Of a stretch of 64,000 nucleotides of DNA, positions 32,973 to 43,491 are shown piece after piece (positions within the stretch are counted from its first letter, which is position 1; every line of letters starts with the position of its first letter). The translations under genes were made by a program, and so were the position numbers. Source of the stretch: an uncultured Actinomycetota bacterium (GTDB lineage: Bacteria > Actinomycetota > Actinomycetes > JAHEKZ01); contig CAVQYR010000001.1 in NCBI GenBank assembly GCA_963718235.1, positions 704,001-768,000 of the forward strand, given 5' to 3'. Under the pieces are notes generated by a model, which worked only from the letters and a program-made list of their open reading frames with translations, was not told the origin of the DNA and did not search any database.

Positions 32973-34059
32973 GGGCACCGAGGAGCTGGCGCGCGGTGGC
33001 GCCGTCGGAATCCTGGGAGCGGTCGGCGCGGCAGCAGCGGCAGCGCTCCTGGGGGCAGCGGCGGGCCTGGCCGCAGAGCGCGCCGTGGTCGGGCGGCCGT
33101 TTCGTCGTCGTTCCAGTGGGGTGCTCGGGCTCGGTCAGGTCCGTGGTCCGCACCGGCTCGTGCCTGCTGACGACGGCGTCCAGCTGTACGTCGAGGTCGA
33201 CGAGCCCGGTCCGCGGGCCCGCGACCGCGGACTCACCGTCGTCTTCGTGCACGGGTACGCGCTGAACCTCGACTGCTGGCACTACCAGCGACTGGGGCTG
33301 CGCGGGACCGCCCGGCTGGCCTTTTTCGACCAGCGGTCGCACGGTCGCTCCGGTCGCGGCCCACGCGACCACGCGACCCTCGAGCAGCTCGGCCACGACC
33401 TGCGGGTGGTGGTCGACGCAGTAGCTCCCACCGGTCCTGTGGTCCTCGTCGGTCACTCGATGGGCGGCATGAGTGTCATGGCCCTGGCCGGGCAGTACCC
33501 AGAGCTGTTCTCCGAGCGGGTGGTCGGCGTGGCGCTGCTGTCGACCTCGGCCGGTGGCCTCGCCGACGTCACCCTGGGCGTGCCCCTGGCCGCAGCGCGG
33601 TTGCTGCACCGCCTTGCGCCGTCGGTCGTCTCCACCCTGGCCCGCAACGCCCCACTGGTCGAGCGAGGGCGTCAGGTGAGCAACGACCTCGCGGTCCTGG
33701 TCACGCGCACGTACGGCTTCTCCGGCCCCACTCCGGTCGAGCTGGTCGACTTCGCGCTGGAGATGATCAACGCCACCCCGGTCGACGTCCTCGCCGAGTT
33801 CTACCCGGCCTTCATGTCCCACGACGCCCTCGAGGCACTCGACGTGCTCGACCAGGTCGAGACGGTCGTGATCGTGGGGGAGCAGGACCGGATGACCCCG
33901 GCGGAGCACAGCCGGGAGATCGTCCGTGCCGTCCCGAGCGCCGACCTGGTCTGCTTCGACCCCGGTGGGCACCTGGTCATGCTGGAGCGCCCCGACGACG
34001 TCAACGCGGTGCTGTTCGACCTGCTCGACCGCTGCCGTCACCTGGTCGCCACGCTGTGA
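32965..34059 (+). CDS. Alpha/beta hydrolase
   Basis: FVHGY, DQRSHGRS, GHSMGG. Confidence 0.9.
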   Translation: MAEGTEELARGGAVGILGAVGAAAAAALLGAAAGLAAERAVVGRPFRRRSSGVLGLGQVRGPHRLVPADDGVQLYVEVDEPGPRARDRGLTVVFVHGYALNLDCWHYQRLGLRGTARLAFFDQRSHGRSGRGPRDHATLEQLGHDLRVVVDAVAPTGPVVLVGHSMGGMSVMALAGQYPELFSERVVGVALLSTSAGGLADVTLGVPLAAARLLHRLAPSVVSTLARNAPLVERGRQVSNDLAVLVTRTYGFSGPTPVELVDFALEMINATPVDVLAEFYPAFMSHDALEALDVLDQVETVVIVGEQDRMTPAEHSREIVRAVPSADLVCFDPGGHLVMLERPDDVNAVLFDLLDRCRHLVATL

Positions 34060-34529
34060 GTGCGACGATCACCGCGGCGACGGCGGCCGACCTGCGCCAG
34101 GTCGGCGAGCGGATCGGGACCGTCGCTCGCGCCGGTGACCTGATCGTGCTGGACGGACCGCTGGGCGCCGGAAAGACCACGGTCGCGCAGGGCATCGGGG
34201 CGGCGATGGGGGTTCGCGGCCCGGTGACGTCCCCGACGTTCGTGATCGCTCGCGTGCACCCGTCGACGGTCGGTGGTCCGGCGCTCGTGCACGTCGACGC
34301 GTACCGCCTGACCTCTCTGGCCGACCTCGACGACCTCGACCTCGACACCGCCTTCGAGGAGTGCGTCACCCTCGTCGAGTGGGGCAAGGGCCTCGTGGAG
34401 GTGCTCAGCGACGCGTGGCTCCTGGTCTCGATCGAGCGCTCGGACGACGACAGCGTCGACGAGCGTCAGGTGACGCTGTCGCCCGTCGGGCGGCGCTGGG
34501 CCGAGCGACTGGCCGGCGTGCTCTCGTGA
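34056..34529 (+). CDS. tsaE: tRNA t6A biosynthesis ATPase TsaE
   Basis: GPLGAGKT, SPTF, HVDAYRL, VEWG. Confidence 0.96.
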   Translation: MSATITAATAADLRQVGERIGTVARAGDLIVLDGPLGAGKTTVAQGIGAAMGVRGPVTSPTFVIARVHPSTVGGPALVHVDAYRLTSLADLDDLDLDTAFEECVTLVEWGKGLVEVLSDAWLLVSIERSDDDSVDERQVTLSPVGRRWAERLAGVLS

Positions 34530-35164
34530 TCCTCGCGCTCGACACCTCGACACCGGCCACGACTGTGGCCGTTGGCCGGGCCGGCGCCGTGCTCGCCGAG
34601 CGCGCTGTGGTCGACGCCCGGCGTCACGCGGAGGTCCTCATGCCCCTAGCGCTGGAGGCCCTGGCCGAGGCGGGCGGCTCGGCTGACGACCTCACACACG
34701 TCGTGGTGGGGGTCGGGCCCGGGCCCTACACCGGGCTGAGGGTCGGCGTGGTCACCGCCCTGTCGATGGCCGACGCCCTGGGGATCGTTGCGCTGGGTGT
34801 GCTCAGCCATGACGCCCTGCTGGCCGAGGCCGGGGGGGACCTGCCGCCCGACGTCCTGGTCGCCACCGACGCCCGACGCAAGGAGGTCTTCTGGTCCAGG
34901 TACAGCGGCGGCGCGCGGATCGCCGGCCCCGGGGTCGACCGACCGGCCGACCTCGCCGAGCGGTGGCCCGGCATCGCGGTGGTCGGCGACGGCGCGCGGC
35001 TGTACCCCGACGTCCTCGGTGCACCCTTGCCGCCACTGCTGCCCTCGGGCGGGGCGTTGGCCGCCATGGCGATGCGGCGGCTCGCGGAAGGTGGCCGGTT
35101 CGAGCCGGTCCGTGCCCTGTACCTGCGGCGTCCGGACGCAGTCGCGTTGGCTTCGCCACGATGA
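34526..35164 (+). CDS. tsaB: tRNA t6A biosynthesis protein TsaB
   Basis: ILALDTS, GPGPYTGLRVG, DARRKEV. Confidence 0.95.
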   Translation: MILALDTSTPATTVAVGRAGAVLAERAVVDARRHAEVLMPLALEALAEAGGSADDLTHVVVGVGPGPYTGLRVGVVTALSMADALGIVALGVLSHDALLAEAGGDLPPDVLVATDARRKEVFWSRYSGGARIAGPGVDRPADLAERWPGIAVVGDGARLYPDVLGAPLPPLLPSGGALAAMAMRRLAEGGRFEPVRALYLRRPDAVALASPR

Positions 35165-35640
35165 CCACGGACGTCGGGTCGCTCACCCTTCGACCGATGC
35201 AGTGGACCGATCTCGAGGTGGTGCACGCGCTCGAGCAGCGGCTGTTCGCCGTCGACCCCTGGACCCCGGAGCTGTTCTGGTCGGAGCTGGCCGGGGTGCC
35301 GAGCACGCGGACGTACCTGGTCGCCGAGTGCGACGGGGCGCTGGTGGGGTACGCGGGCCTGATGGTGTCCGGCCGTGACGCCGACGTGCAGACCGTCGCC
35401 GTCGACGACGCGGTGCGTCGCACGGGGATCGGCCGGCATCTGGTGCAGGCGCTGCTGCACGACGCACGGGCCCGCGGGTGCACGGTGGTGATGCTCGAGG
35501 TGGCTGCGGGCAACGAGCCGGCCAGGCACCTGTACGACTCCTTGGGGTTCGCCGAGGTGGGGCGGCGCCGGGACTACTACGCCCCGGGTGCCGATGCACT
35601 CGTGCTGCGACGGCGGCTCGGCCGCGGGGAGCCGGCATGA
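35161..35640 (+). CDS. rimI: Ribosomal-protein alanine N-acetyltransferase
   Basis: GNAT fold, LEVAAGN, RRDYY, synteny. Confidence 0.92.
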   Translation: MTTDVGSLTLRPMQWTDLEVVHALEQRLFAVDPWTPELFWSELAGVPSTRTYLVAECDGALVGYAGLMVSGRDADVQTVAVDDAVRRTGIGRHLVQALLHDARARGCTVVMLEVAAGNEPARHLYDSLGFAEVGRRRDYYAPGADALVLRRRLGRGEPA

Positions 35641-36680
35641 ACGAGCCGCTCGTCCTGGGCTTCGAGACGTCGTGCGACGAGACCGGCGTCGGTGTCGTGC
35701 GCGGAACCACGCTGCTCGCCGACGCCGTCGCGAGCAGTGTCGCCGAGCACGCCCGGTTCGGTGGCGTGGTGCCGGAGGTGGCAAGCCGGGCCCACGTCGA
35801 TGCCCTGGTGCCCACCGTGCACCGAGCCCTCGCCTCGGCCGGGGTGTCCGCCGGCGACGTCGACGCGGTCGCCGTCACCAGCGGCCCCGGCCTGGCCGGT
35901 GCGCTGCTGGTCGGCGTCGCGGCGGCCAAGGCGTACGCCGCTGTCCTCGACAAGCCCGTCTACGCGGTGAACCACCTGGCCGCGCACGTAGCCGTCGACC
36001 GGCTGGAGCACGGCGCCCTCCCGCAGCCGGCGGTGGCCCTGCTCGTGAGTGGGGGTCACTCGTCCCTGCTGCTCGTCGACGACATCACCTGCGCGGTGAC
36101 CCCGCTCGGGGTCACTCTGGACGACGCGGCGGGGGAGGCGTTCGACAAGGTCGCCCGGTTGCTCGGCCTCGCGTTCCCGGGCGGACCGGAAATCGACCGC
36201 CTCGCCGAGGACGGGGTCGCGACGTCGATCGCCTTCCCCCGGGGCCTGACCGCCGCTCACGACCAGGACGAGCACCGGTGGGACTTCTCGTTCTCCGGGC
36301 TCAAGACCGCGGTCGCCCGGTGGGTCGAGTCACGCAACCGGTCGGGCGACCCGGTCCCGGTGGCCGATGTGGCGGCGTCGTTCCAGGAGGCCGTCGTCGA
36401 CGTCCTGGTCGCCAAGTCGGTCGACGCCTGCCTGGCGCACGGGGTCGACCACCTGCTGATCGGCGGGGGAGTCGCGGCCAACTCGCGGCTGCGGGCCCTG
36501 GCGCGGGACCGGTGCGGGGCGGCCGGACTCACGCTGCGGGTTCCGCGGCCGGACCTGTGCACCGACAACGGCGCGATGGTGGCCGCGCTCGGGTCGGCGC
36601 TCGTGGCAGCCGGCCTCCCCGCGTCGGACCTGGGGTTCGGGGCGGACCCCTCGCTCCCGGTGACCGAGGTCACGGGCTGA
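35637..36680 (+). CDS. tsaD: tRNA t6A transferase TsaD
   Basis: [29 protein letters not shown]. Confidence 0.97.
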   Translation: MNEPLVLGFETSCDETGVGVVRGTTLLADAVASSVAEHARFGGVVPEVASRAHVDALVPTVHRALASAGVSAGDVDAVAVTSGPGLAGALLVGVAAAKAYAAVLDKPVYAVNHLAAHVAVDRLEHGALPQPAVALLVSGGHSSLLLVDDITCAVTPLGVTLDDAAGEAFDKVARLLGLAFPGGPEIDRLAEDGVATSIAFPRGLTAAHDQDEHRWDFSFSGLKTAVARWVESRNRSGDPVPVADVAASFQEAVVDVLVAKSVDACLAHGVDHLLIGGGVAANSRLRALARDRCGAAGLTLRVPRPDLCTDNGAMVAALGSALVAAGLPASDLGFGADPSLPVTEVTG

Positions 36681-36729
36681 ATCGCACCCCCACTCGTCAG
36701 CCGGGCCTCCCGTGCGTCATGATTCACCG

Positions 36730-37041
36730 GTGATCGTGCGGATGTGGGAGACCCCTGTGAAGCGGGGCCGGACCGACGACTTCGTCGCGTTCGTGGCGTC
36801 GAGGGTGTGGCCGGCCGTGACCGGTGCCGAGGGCTTCCTGGGGGGCGAGATGCTCCGCTCGGTCGGGCGCACCGACGAGCGGCTGCTGCTGGTCACGCGC
36901 TGGCGCGACGAGGCCGCCCTGGAGCAGTTCCTCGGACCCGCCTGGACGGCCCACGAGCTGACCCCCGTGGCAGACGAGGAGCCGTTCCTCGGCGGCGTCC
37001 CCTTCGTCGACAACTGGCTCGTCGTCGACACCAGCGCCTAG
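36730..37041 (+). CDS. ABM-like dimeric alpha/beta barrel protein
   Basis: About 100 aa, GFLGGE...LLVTRW pattern; CATGAT +6 nt before GTG. Confidence 0.6.
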   Translation: MIVRMWETPVKRGRTDDFVAFVASRVWPAVTGAEGFLGGEMLRSVGRTDERLLLVTRWRDEAALEQFLGPAWTAHELTPVADEEPFLGGVPFVDNWLVVDTSA

Positions 37042-38240
37042 ACCGGTCGGGCCAGCACCGCCACTGGTCTTCCCGCGATTCGGGTCAGCACCACGACCAG
37101 GTGCCCCGGCGCGTGTGGATCGAGCCGCAGCTGGCGTCGCAGGTCGTCCGGATCCACCGCCGACCCTCGCTTCTTCACCGTGATCGATCCGACGTCTCGG
37201 GCGCGTACCGCCGCACGGAGCCGCTTCACCGAGAACGGCAGCACCTCGTCGACCGCGTAGGCGGTGGCGTAGGCGGTGTCGACCGAACGGTCGGAGGTCA
37301 CGTAGGCGATCCTCGGGTCGATCAGGTGTCCGTCGACGAGTCGAACGACCGCCCCGACGAGCCCTGCCCGGACCACGGCCTTGTCCGGCTCGTACAGCCA
37401 GGCTCCCAGCGGGCCGACGGGCGGCGCCGACCCCGGTAGGTCGTGGTCGGTGAGGCTGTGGCTCACGACTCCGCCGTCCGGGTCGTCGCGGTCGAGCCGA
37501 CGCAGCACGGTGGCCCGGCGACGCACCCCGGGACTGCGCAGGGCACCCCGGTACAACGCGGCCTCGACCACGTCGCGGTCGGCGGAGACGATCTCGGTCT
37601 CCCAGCCCTCGGGCACGCGGTCGTGGTCGATCCCCGGCGCCACCTTCACCCCGACGTCGTCGACCGGCAGGGCCATGACCCAGCCCAGGGGTGGGGACCA
37701 ACGCGTGGGGTCGAGCACCCGGCGTCCCCCCGCGCGGCGCGAGGGGTCGGCGAAGACCGCGGTTCGGGGCGCCCAGCGGCGACCCGCCGCGAACGACTCG
37801 ACGCAGTCGTTGACCACCGTGGCCCGTGGCACGTTGAGCGACGCGAGAGCGGCGGTGGTGGCGTCGCGCTCGACGCCGGTGGTGGGGGCGACGTCGGCGA
37901 GGGCGGCCAGGTCCGAGCCCAGGCCGCACCCGAGGTCGACGATCGACGCGGGGGCCGCCGCGCGGTACCGGACGGCCCGGTGCCGGGCGACCTCGGGGCG
38001 GGTGGCCTGCTGGGCGCCCTCGTCGGTCAGCAGCCACGTGCTCGCCTGCTCGCCCAGGCGCGGACGGGCCTGGGCGCGCAGTCGGGACTGGGTGGCCACT
38101 GCGGCCGCCTGGGTCGGGTCCAACCCCTGCGCCCGCAGGTCCGTGACCACCCGCAGCGGGTCGGCGGGGTCGTAGCGGGTGGTCGCGAGCACCCGCCGTC
38201 CGACCGGCCCGGCCAGCCAGGCGATCATCTCGGCGTCCAC
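37038..38240 (-). CDS. Class I SAM-dependent methyltransferase with THUMP-like C-terminus
   Basis: VDLGCGLGSD, FADPSRR, LYEPDKAVVRA; usual divergent neighbour of groES. Confidence 0.85.
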   Translation of the reverse strand: MDAEMIAWLAGPVGRRVLATTRYDPADPLRVVTDLRAQGLDPTQAAAVATQSRLRAQARPRLGEQASTWLLTDEGAQQATRPEVARHRAVRYRAAAPASIVDLGCGLGSDLAALADVAPTTGVERDATTAALASLNVPRATVVNDCVESFAAGRRWAPRTAVFADPSRRAGGRRVLDPTRWSPPLGWVMALPVDDVGVKVAPGIDHDRVPEGWETEIVSADRDVVEAALYRGALRSPGVRRRATVLRRLDRDDPDGGVVSHSLTDHDLPGSAPPVGPLGAWLYEPDKAVVRAGLVGAVVRLVDGHLIDPRIAYVTSDRSVDTAYATAYAVDEVLPFSVKRLRAAVRARDVGSITVKKRGSAVDPDDLRRQLRLDPHAPGHLVVVLTRIAGRPVAVLARPV

Positions 38241-38260
38241 GGCTGCCTCCCCTCGGTGCG

Positions 38261-38333
38261 CTGGCACTCGAGTTGACGGAGTGCTAACGCCTGCCTAGGG
38301 TGGAGTTTGGCACTCTCCCCGTGAGGGTGCCAG
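38261..38333 (+). promoter_or_regulatory. Two CIRCE (HrcA) operators around the groES promoter
   Basis: CTGGCACTC-N9-GAGTGCTAA (38261-38287) and TTGGCACTC-N9-GGGTGCCAG (38307-38333); TTGACG-N17-TAGGGT promoter. Confidence 0.9.
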
Positions 38334-38439
38334 CGACCCCACGGCTCGACCCCCGCGACGGCGGGCCGGGGAGTCAGTCGGTGAGCCACCGCGCTCATAC
38401 ACGTTCAGACAAGCGAACCCGTTAAGGGGAGGATCACTC

Positions 38440-38739
38440 GTGTCGGTTGGAATCAAGCCGCTTGAGGACCGCATCATCGTTCAGTCCCTCGACGCCGAGC
38501 AGACCACGGCATCAGGTCTGGTGATCCCGGACACCGCGAAGGAGAAGCCCCAGGAGGGCAAGGTCCTCGCGGTTGGCCCGGGGCGCTGGGACGAGGACGG
38601 CGAGAAGCGCATCCCGCTCGACATCTCCGAGGGCGACACCGTCGTGTACAGCAAGTACGGCGGCACGGAGATCAAGTACAACGGTGAGGAGTACCTCATC
38701 CTCTCGGCCCGCGACGTCCTCGCGATCGTCGAGAAGTAG
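38440..38739 (+). CDS. groES: Co-chaperonin GroES
   Basis: [30 protein letters not shown]. Confidence 0.98.
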   Translation: MSVGIKPLEDRIIVQSLDAEQTTASGLVIPDTAKEKPQEGKVLAVGPGRWDEDGEKRIPLDISEGDTVVYSKYGGTEIKYNGEEYLILSARDVLAIVEK

Positions 38740-38751
38740 AGCTAGAGACAG

Positions 38752-38787
38752 CGAAACGCCCGCTCCCCTCGGGGGGCGGGCGTTTCG
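38752..38787. terminator. Intrinsic hairpin terminator between convergent groES and whiD
   Basis: cgaaacgcccgc / gcgggcgtttcg arms. Confidence 0.75.
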
Positions 38788-38833
38788 GTGTCTGTCGGTG
38801 TCCTTTGGGGTCGCTCGCTGGTGCCCGGTGCCG

Positions 38834-39130
38834 TCAGCCGGCGAGCGCGTACCGGCGGTGGCCGAGGTAGATCGCCTCGCGGTCGTCCTCGGACAGCCCG
38901 CCCCAGACGCCGTACGGCTCGCGCACGCTCAGCGCGTGGGCCGCGCACTGCTGCTGCACCGGGCAGGTGGCGCACACGGCCTTGGCGGCGGCCTCCCGGT
39001 TGCTGCGAGCGGGGCCGCGCTCACCCTCGGGGTGGAAGAACAGGTCGGCGTCCTGGCCCCGGCAGGCGCCGACGAGCTGCCAGTCCCACAGGTCGGCGAG
39101 CGGGCCGGGAAGCCGCGAGAGGTCAGCCAT
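38834..39130 (-). CDS. whiD: WhiB-family Fe-S regulator, WhiD/WhiB3 type
   Basis: MADLSRLPGP..WDWQL, four Cys, FFHPEGERG, GVWGG. Confidence 0.92.
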   Translation of the reverse strand: MADLSRLPGPLADLWDWQLVGACRGQDADLFFHPEGERGPARSNREAAAKAVCATCPVQQQCAAHALSVREPYGVWGGLSEDDREAIYLGHRRYALAG

Positions 39131-39160
39131 CGGATCCTCGTCTCTGAAACGATTCATGAG

Positions 39161-39204
39161 TTGTTCAACAAGGTCACGGTACAACCGGGGCCCTGCCAGG
39201 TCAA
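39161..39204 (-). promoter_or_regulatory. whiD promoter TTGACC-N17-TACCGT with palindrome TTGTT-N-AACAA near the start site
   Basis: Plus strand ggtcaa 39199-39204, acggta 39176-39181, ttgttcaacaa 39161-39171. Confidence 0.6.
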
Positions 39205-39249
39205 GGCCCCGAGGTGCGCGGAACGAGGCGGGCGCCCACAATCGGGCGC

Positions 39250-40179
39250 ATGCACGATGTGGAGGGTGCGGCGCTGACCGTCGCGGCGGTGGCCCGCCAG
39301 ATCGGTGTGGCACCCGCCACCCTGCGCACCTGGGCCCGCCGCTACGGCGTCGGCCCGAGCGCCCACGCCGCGGGCACCCACCGGCGCTACACCCCCGAGG
39401 ACGTCGCCCGGCTGGAGGTCATGCGCCGTCTGACCCTGCAGGGGGTGGCGCCCGGGGACGCCGCCAAGGTGGCCCTGTCGCCGGGGACCGCTGCGCCGGT
39501 GGCCGCGCCGGTCGACGGACGCGGCTACCACGGCCACGTGTTCGCCATGCCGGACGCCGAGCCGGCGGCTCGGGGTCTGTCCCGGGCTGCCCTCGCGCTC
39601 GACGCTCCGGCCGCCGCCGAGATCGTGCACACCCACGTGGCGGCCCACGGGGTCATCACCACCTGGGACCACCTGCTGGTACCGGTGCTCACCGGCGTCG
39701 GGGAGCGGTGGCAGACGTCGGGGATCGGGGTCGACGTCGAGCACCTGCTCAGCGAGGTCGTCATTGGCGCCCTTCGAACGCCGGGGGGGTCCTTCGAGCC
39801 GCTCAACGCCCGGCCGGTGCTGTTGGCCTGTGGGCCGGAGGAGCAGCACACCTTGCCGGTCCATGCGATGGCCGCGGCCCTGGCCGAACGTCGGATCGGG
39901 TCGCGGGTGCTCGGCGGCCGGGTGCCGGTCGACGCCCTGGCGTCGGCGGTGCGTCGGTGCGGGCCGTCGGTGGTCTTCGTCTGGTCACAGCTGCCCGGCG
40001 CCGCGCAGCGTGCGTCCCTGCACGCGCTGCCTGCGCTGCGCCCGCCCTACACCTTGGTCCTTGCCGGGCCGGGATGGGACGTCGACCCGGCCGACCCCTC
40101 GGGGGGCCCGTCGTCACTGCGCGAGGCGGTCGATGCTGTCATGCGCGCCATCGGTGGAGCGGCCGGGCCGTTGGGCTAG
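39250..40179 (+). CDS. MerR-family regulator with cobalamin-binding domain (CarH/LitR-like)
   Basis: HTH LRTWARRYG; W-x9-EH (WQTSGIGVDVEH); EQHTLP His motif. Confidence 0.8.
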   Translation: MHDVEGAALTVAAVARQIGVAPATLRTWARRYGVGPSAHAAGTHRRYTPEDVARLEVMRRLTLQGVAPGDAAKVALSPGTAAPVAAPVDGRGYHGHVFAMPDAEPAARGLSRAALALDAPAAAEIVHTHVAAHGVITTWDHLLVPVLTGVGERWQTSGIGVDVEHLLSEVVIGALRTPGGSFEPLNARPVLLACGPEEQHTLPVHAMAAALAERRIGSRVLGGRVPVDALASAVRRCGPSVVFVWSQLPGAAQRASLHALPALRPPYTLVLAGPGWDVDPADPSGGPSSLREAVDAVMRAIGGAAGPLG

Positions 40180-40188
40180 CCTGCCCGC

Positions 40189-41112
40189 GTGGACGATGCC
40201 CTGGCCGAGCTGCTCGCGACGGGCGAGCGGGCGGCCTTCCACGGGCGCCCGGCGGCCGGGGTGGCCGCCCTGGAGCAGGCCTTCGGGCTGGCCCGGGCCG
40301 AGGGCCGAGACGTCGAGGCCACCGCCGCGGCGTGGCTGCTCGGCGTCGCACTGGGCGCATCCGGTCGGCTGGGGAGCGCGCTGGCGGTGCTGGAGCCGCT
40401 GGCCGGACAGCAGGTCGGTGGGCCCGTGGGTGACAGCCCCGAACGTCGCCTGTTCGCCGCACTGGCGTCGGCCACGGTCGCCAGCCTGTACCGCCAGCTG
40501 GGCCGGCACGCGTCGGCCGCCGTCATCGACGAAGCAGGGCTTGCCCTGACCGACGGCACCGGGGAGGCGGCGTTCGACTGCCTGCTCGGCCTGGCCGCCG
40601 ACGCGGTGGGCCAGGGCGACGCCGAGGGCGCGCAGGCACGGCTGGCTGAGGCGAGCGCGCTGGCCAAGGGCCGTGAGGACTGGTGGCGGCAGCGGGTCCG
40701 TCAGTCCTGGGTCGAGGCCGAGCTCGCGCTCCTGCGCGGCGACCCGGCCCACGCGATCGAGGCTGCCTCCTCGGCGGTCCACCGGGCCGAGGCATCCGGG
40801 GCCCCCCGACACGTCGCCAAGAGCCTGCTGTTCCTCGGGGTGGCCCAGGTGCAGGCGGGCGAGCTGACCGAGGCCGAGGGAACCCTGCGCCGGGCCTCGA
40901 CCCTGGCCGAGAGCCTGGGCACCCTTCCGCTGCTGTGGCCGGCCCGTGCCCTGCTCGGCGCCCTGCTGGAGACGTCGGCCCCGGCCGAGAGCGCGAAGTC
41001 ACTCTCCGCGGCCCGCGGTGCGGTGATCGCGATGGCCGACGACCTGCCCGAGGAGCTGCGCACGGTCTGGCTGGACCGCCCGGACATCACGGCGCTGCTG
41101 GGCGGCGACTAG
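40189..41112 (+). CDS. Hypothetical helical-repeat (TPR-like) protein
   Basis: Ala/Leu-rich amphipathic helices; TAGCCT +6 nt before GTG. Confidence 0.65.
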   Translation: MDDALAELLATGERAAFHGRPAAGVAALEQAFGLARAEGRDVEATAAAWLLGVALGASGRLGSALAVLEPLAGQQVGGPVGDSPERRLFAALASATVASLYRQLGRHASAAVIDEAGLALTDGTGEAAFDCLLGLAADAVGQGDAEGAQARLAEASALAKGREDWWRQRVRQSWVEAELALLRGDPAHAIEAASSAVHRAEASGAPRHVAKSLLFLGVAQVQAGELTEAEGTLRRASTLAESLGTLPLLWPARALLGALLETSAPAESAKSLSAARGAVIAMADDLPEELRTVWLDRPDITALLGGD

Positions 41113-41176
41113 CGGCTGACTGCTCCGAATGGGGGAACGGTCGGGCCCGACGAGCACAAGCCGAGCCGGATCAGGG

Positions 41177-41205
41177 CTCACGCTGCCCGCGACACCTGCC
41201 GAAGG
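41177..41205 (+). promoter_or_regulatory. Sigma-28 (WhiG/FliA)-type promoter upstream of bldM
   Basis: CTCA-N17-GCCGAAGG. Confidence 0.5.
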
Positions 41206-41279
41206 GATGAGTGGCACCGGGCGACATCGCCGGCGCCGGCAGGCTCGACCGCGGGGTTCTTCTTGGTTCAGGAGGTCTG

Positions 41280-41891
41280 GTGACCACAGTCTTGGTGTGC
41301 GACGACTCGCCGCTGGCGCGTGAGACACTGCGCCGCGCGGTTGCCGGCGTGCCCGGGGTGGACCGAGTGACCGTGGCCGGAAGCGGCGAGGAGGTGCTCA
41401 GCCGCTGGGCGGGTGAGCGGCCCGACCTGGTCCTGATGGACGTCCGGATGCCCGGGCTCGGTGGGGTCGAGGCCTCCCGTCGACTCGTGGCCACCTACCC
41501 CGAGGCCTCGGTGATGATGCTGACGATGGCCGAGGACCAAGACGGCGTGGCCCGAGCGGTCACCAGCGGCGCCCGGGGGTACCTGGTCAAGGACGCCACC
41601 CGTGAGGAGCTCACCGCGACGTTGTCCTACGCCCTGGCGGAGGCGTCCTGGCGGCGCTCGCCGCGCCGGGCGCGTCCCGCCGAGATGGGCACCCCTCCGG
41701 CCCTCACCGAACGCGAGCTGCAGGTGCTGACCGGCATGGGGCGCGGGCGGAGCAACGCCGAGATCGGCCGCGAGCTGTACCTGTCGGAGGACACCGTCAA
41801 GACCCACGCCCGTCGGCTGTTCCGCAAGCTTGGTGCTGCCGACCGGGCACAGGCCGTGGCGCTCGGCTTTCGTTGGGGTCTCGTGCGCTGA
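41280..41891 (+). CDS. bldM: Orphan LuxR/NarL response regulator, BldM-like
   Basis: VLVCDDSPLARE...LSEDTVKTHARRLFRKLGAADRAQAVALGFRWGLVR closely matches my recollection of Streptomyces BldM; whiD/guaB synteny. Confidence 0.85.
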   Translation: MTTVLVCDDSPLARETLRRAVAGVPGVDRVTVAGSGEEVLSRWAGERPDLVLMDVRMPGLGGVEASRRLVATYPEASVMMLTMAEDQDGVARAVTSGARGYLVKDATREELTATLSYALAEASWRRSPRRARPAEMGTPPALTERELQVLTGMGRGRSNAEIGRELYLSEDTVKTHARRLFRKLGAADRAQAVALGFRWGLVR

Positions 41892-41944
41892 CCGCGCCGT
41901 CAACCCGGCACCGGGAACAACCGGGGCCAGCCCGTAGGATGTGA

Positions 41945-43480
<1,536 letters not shown>

Positions 43481-43491
43481 AGAGAGCAGCC

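Noticed and set aside
39145-39172. Rex operator upstream of whiD
   Set aside because: Does not fit the TTGTGAA-N4-TTCACAA spacing; kept only as an unassigned palindrome.
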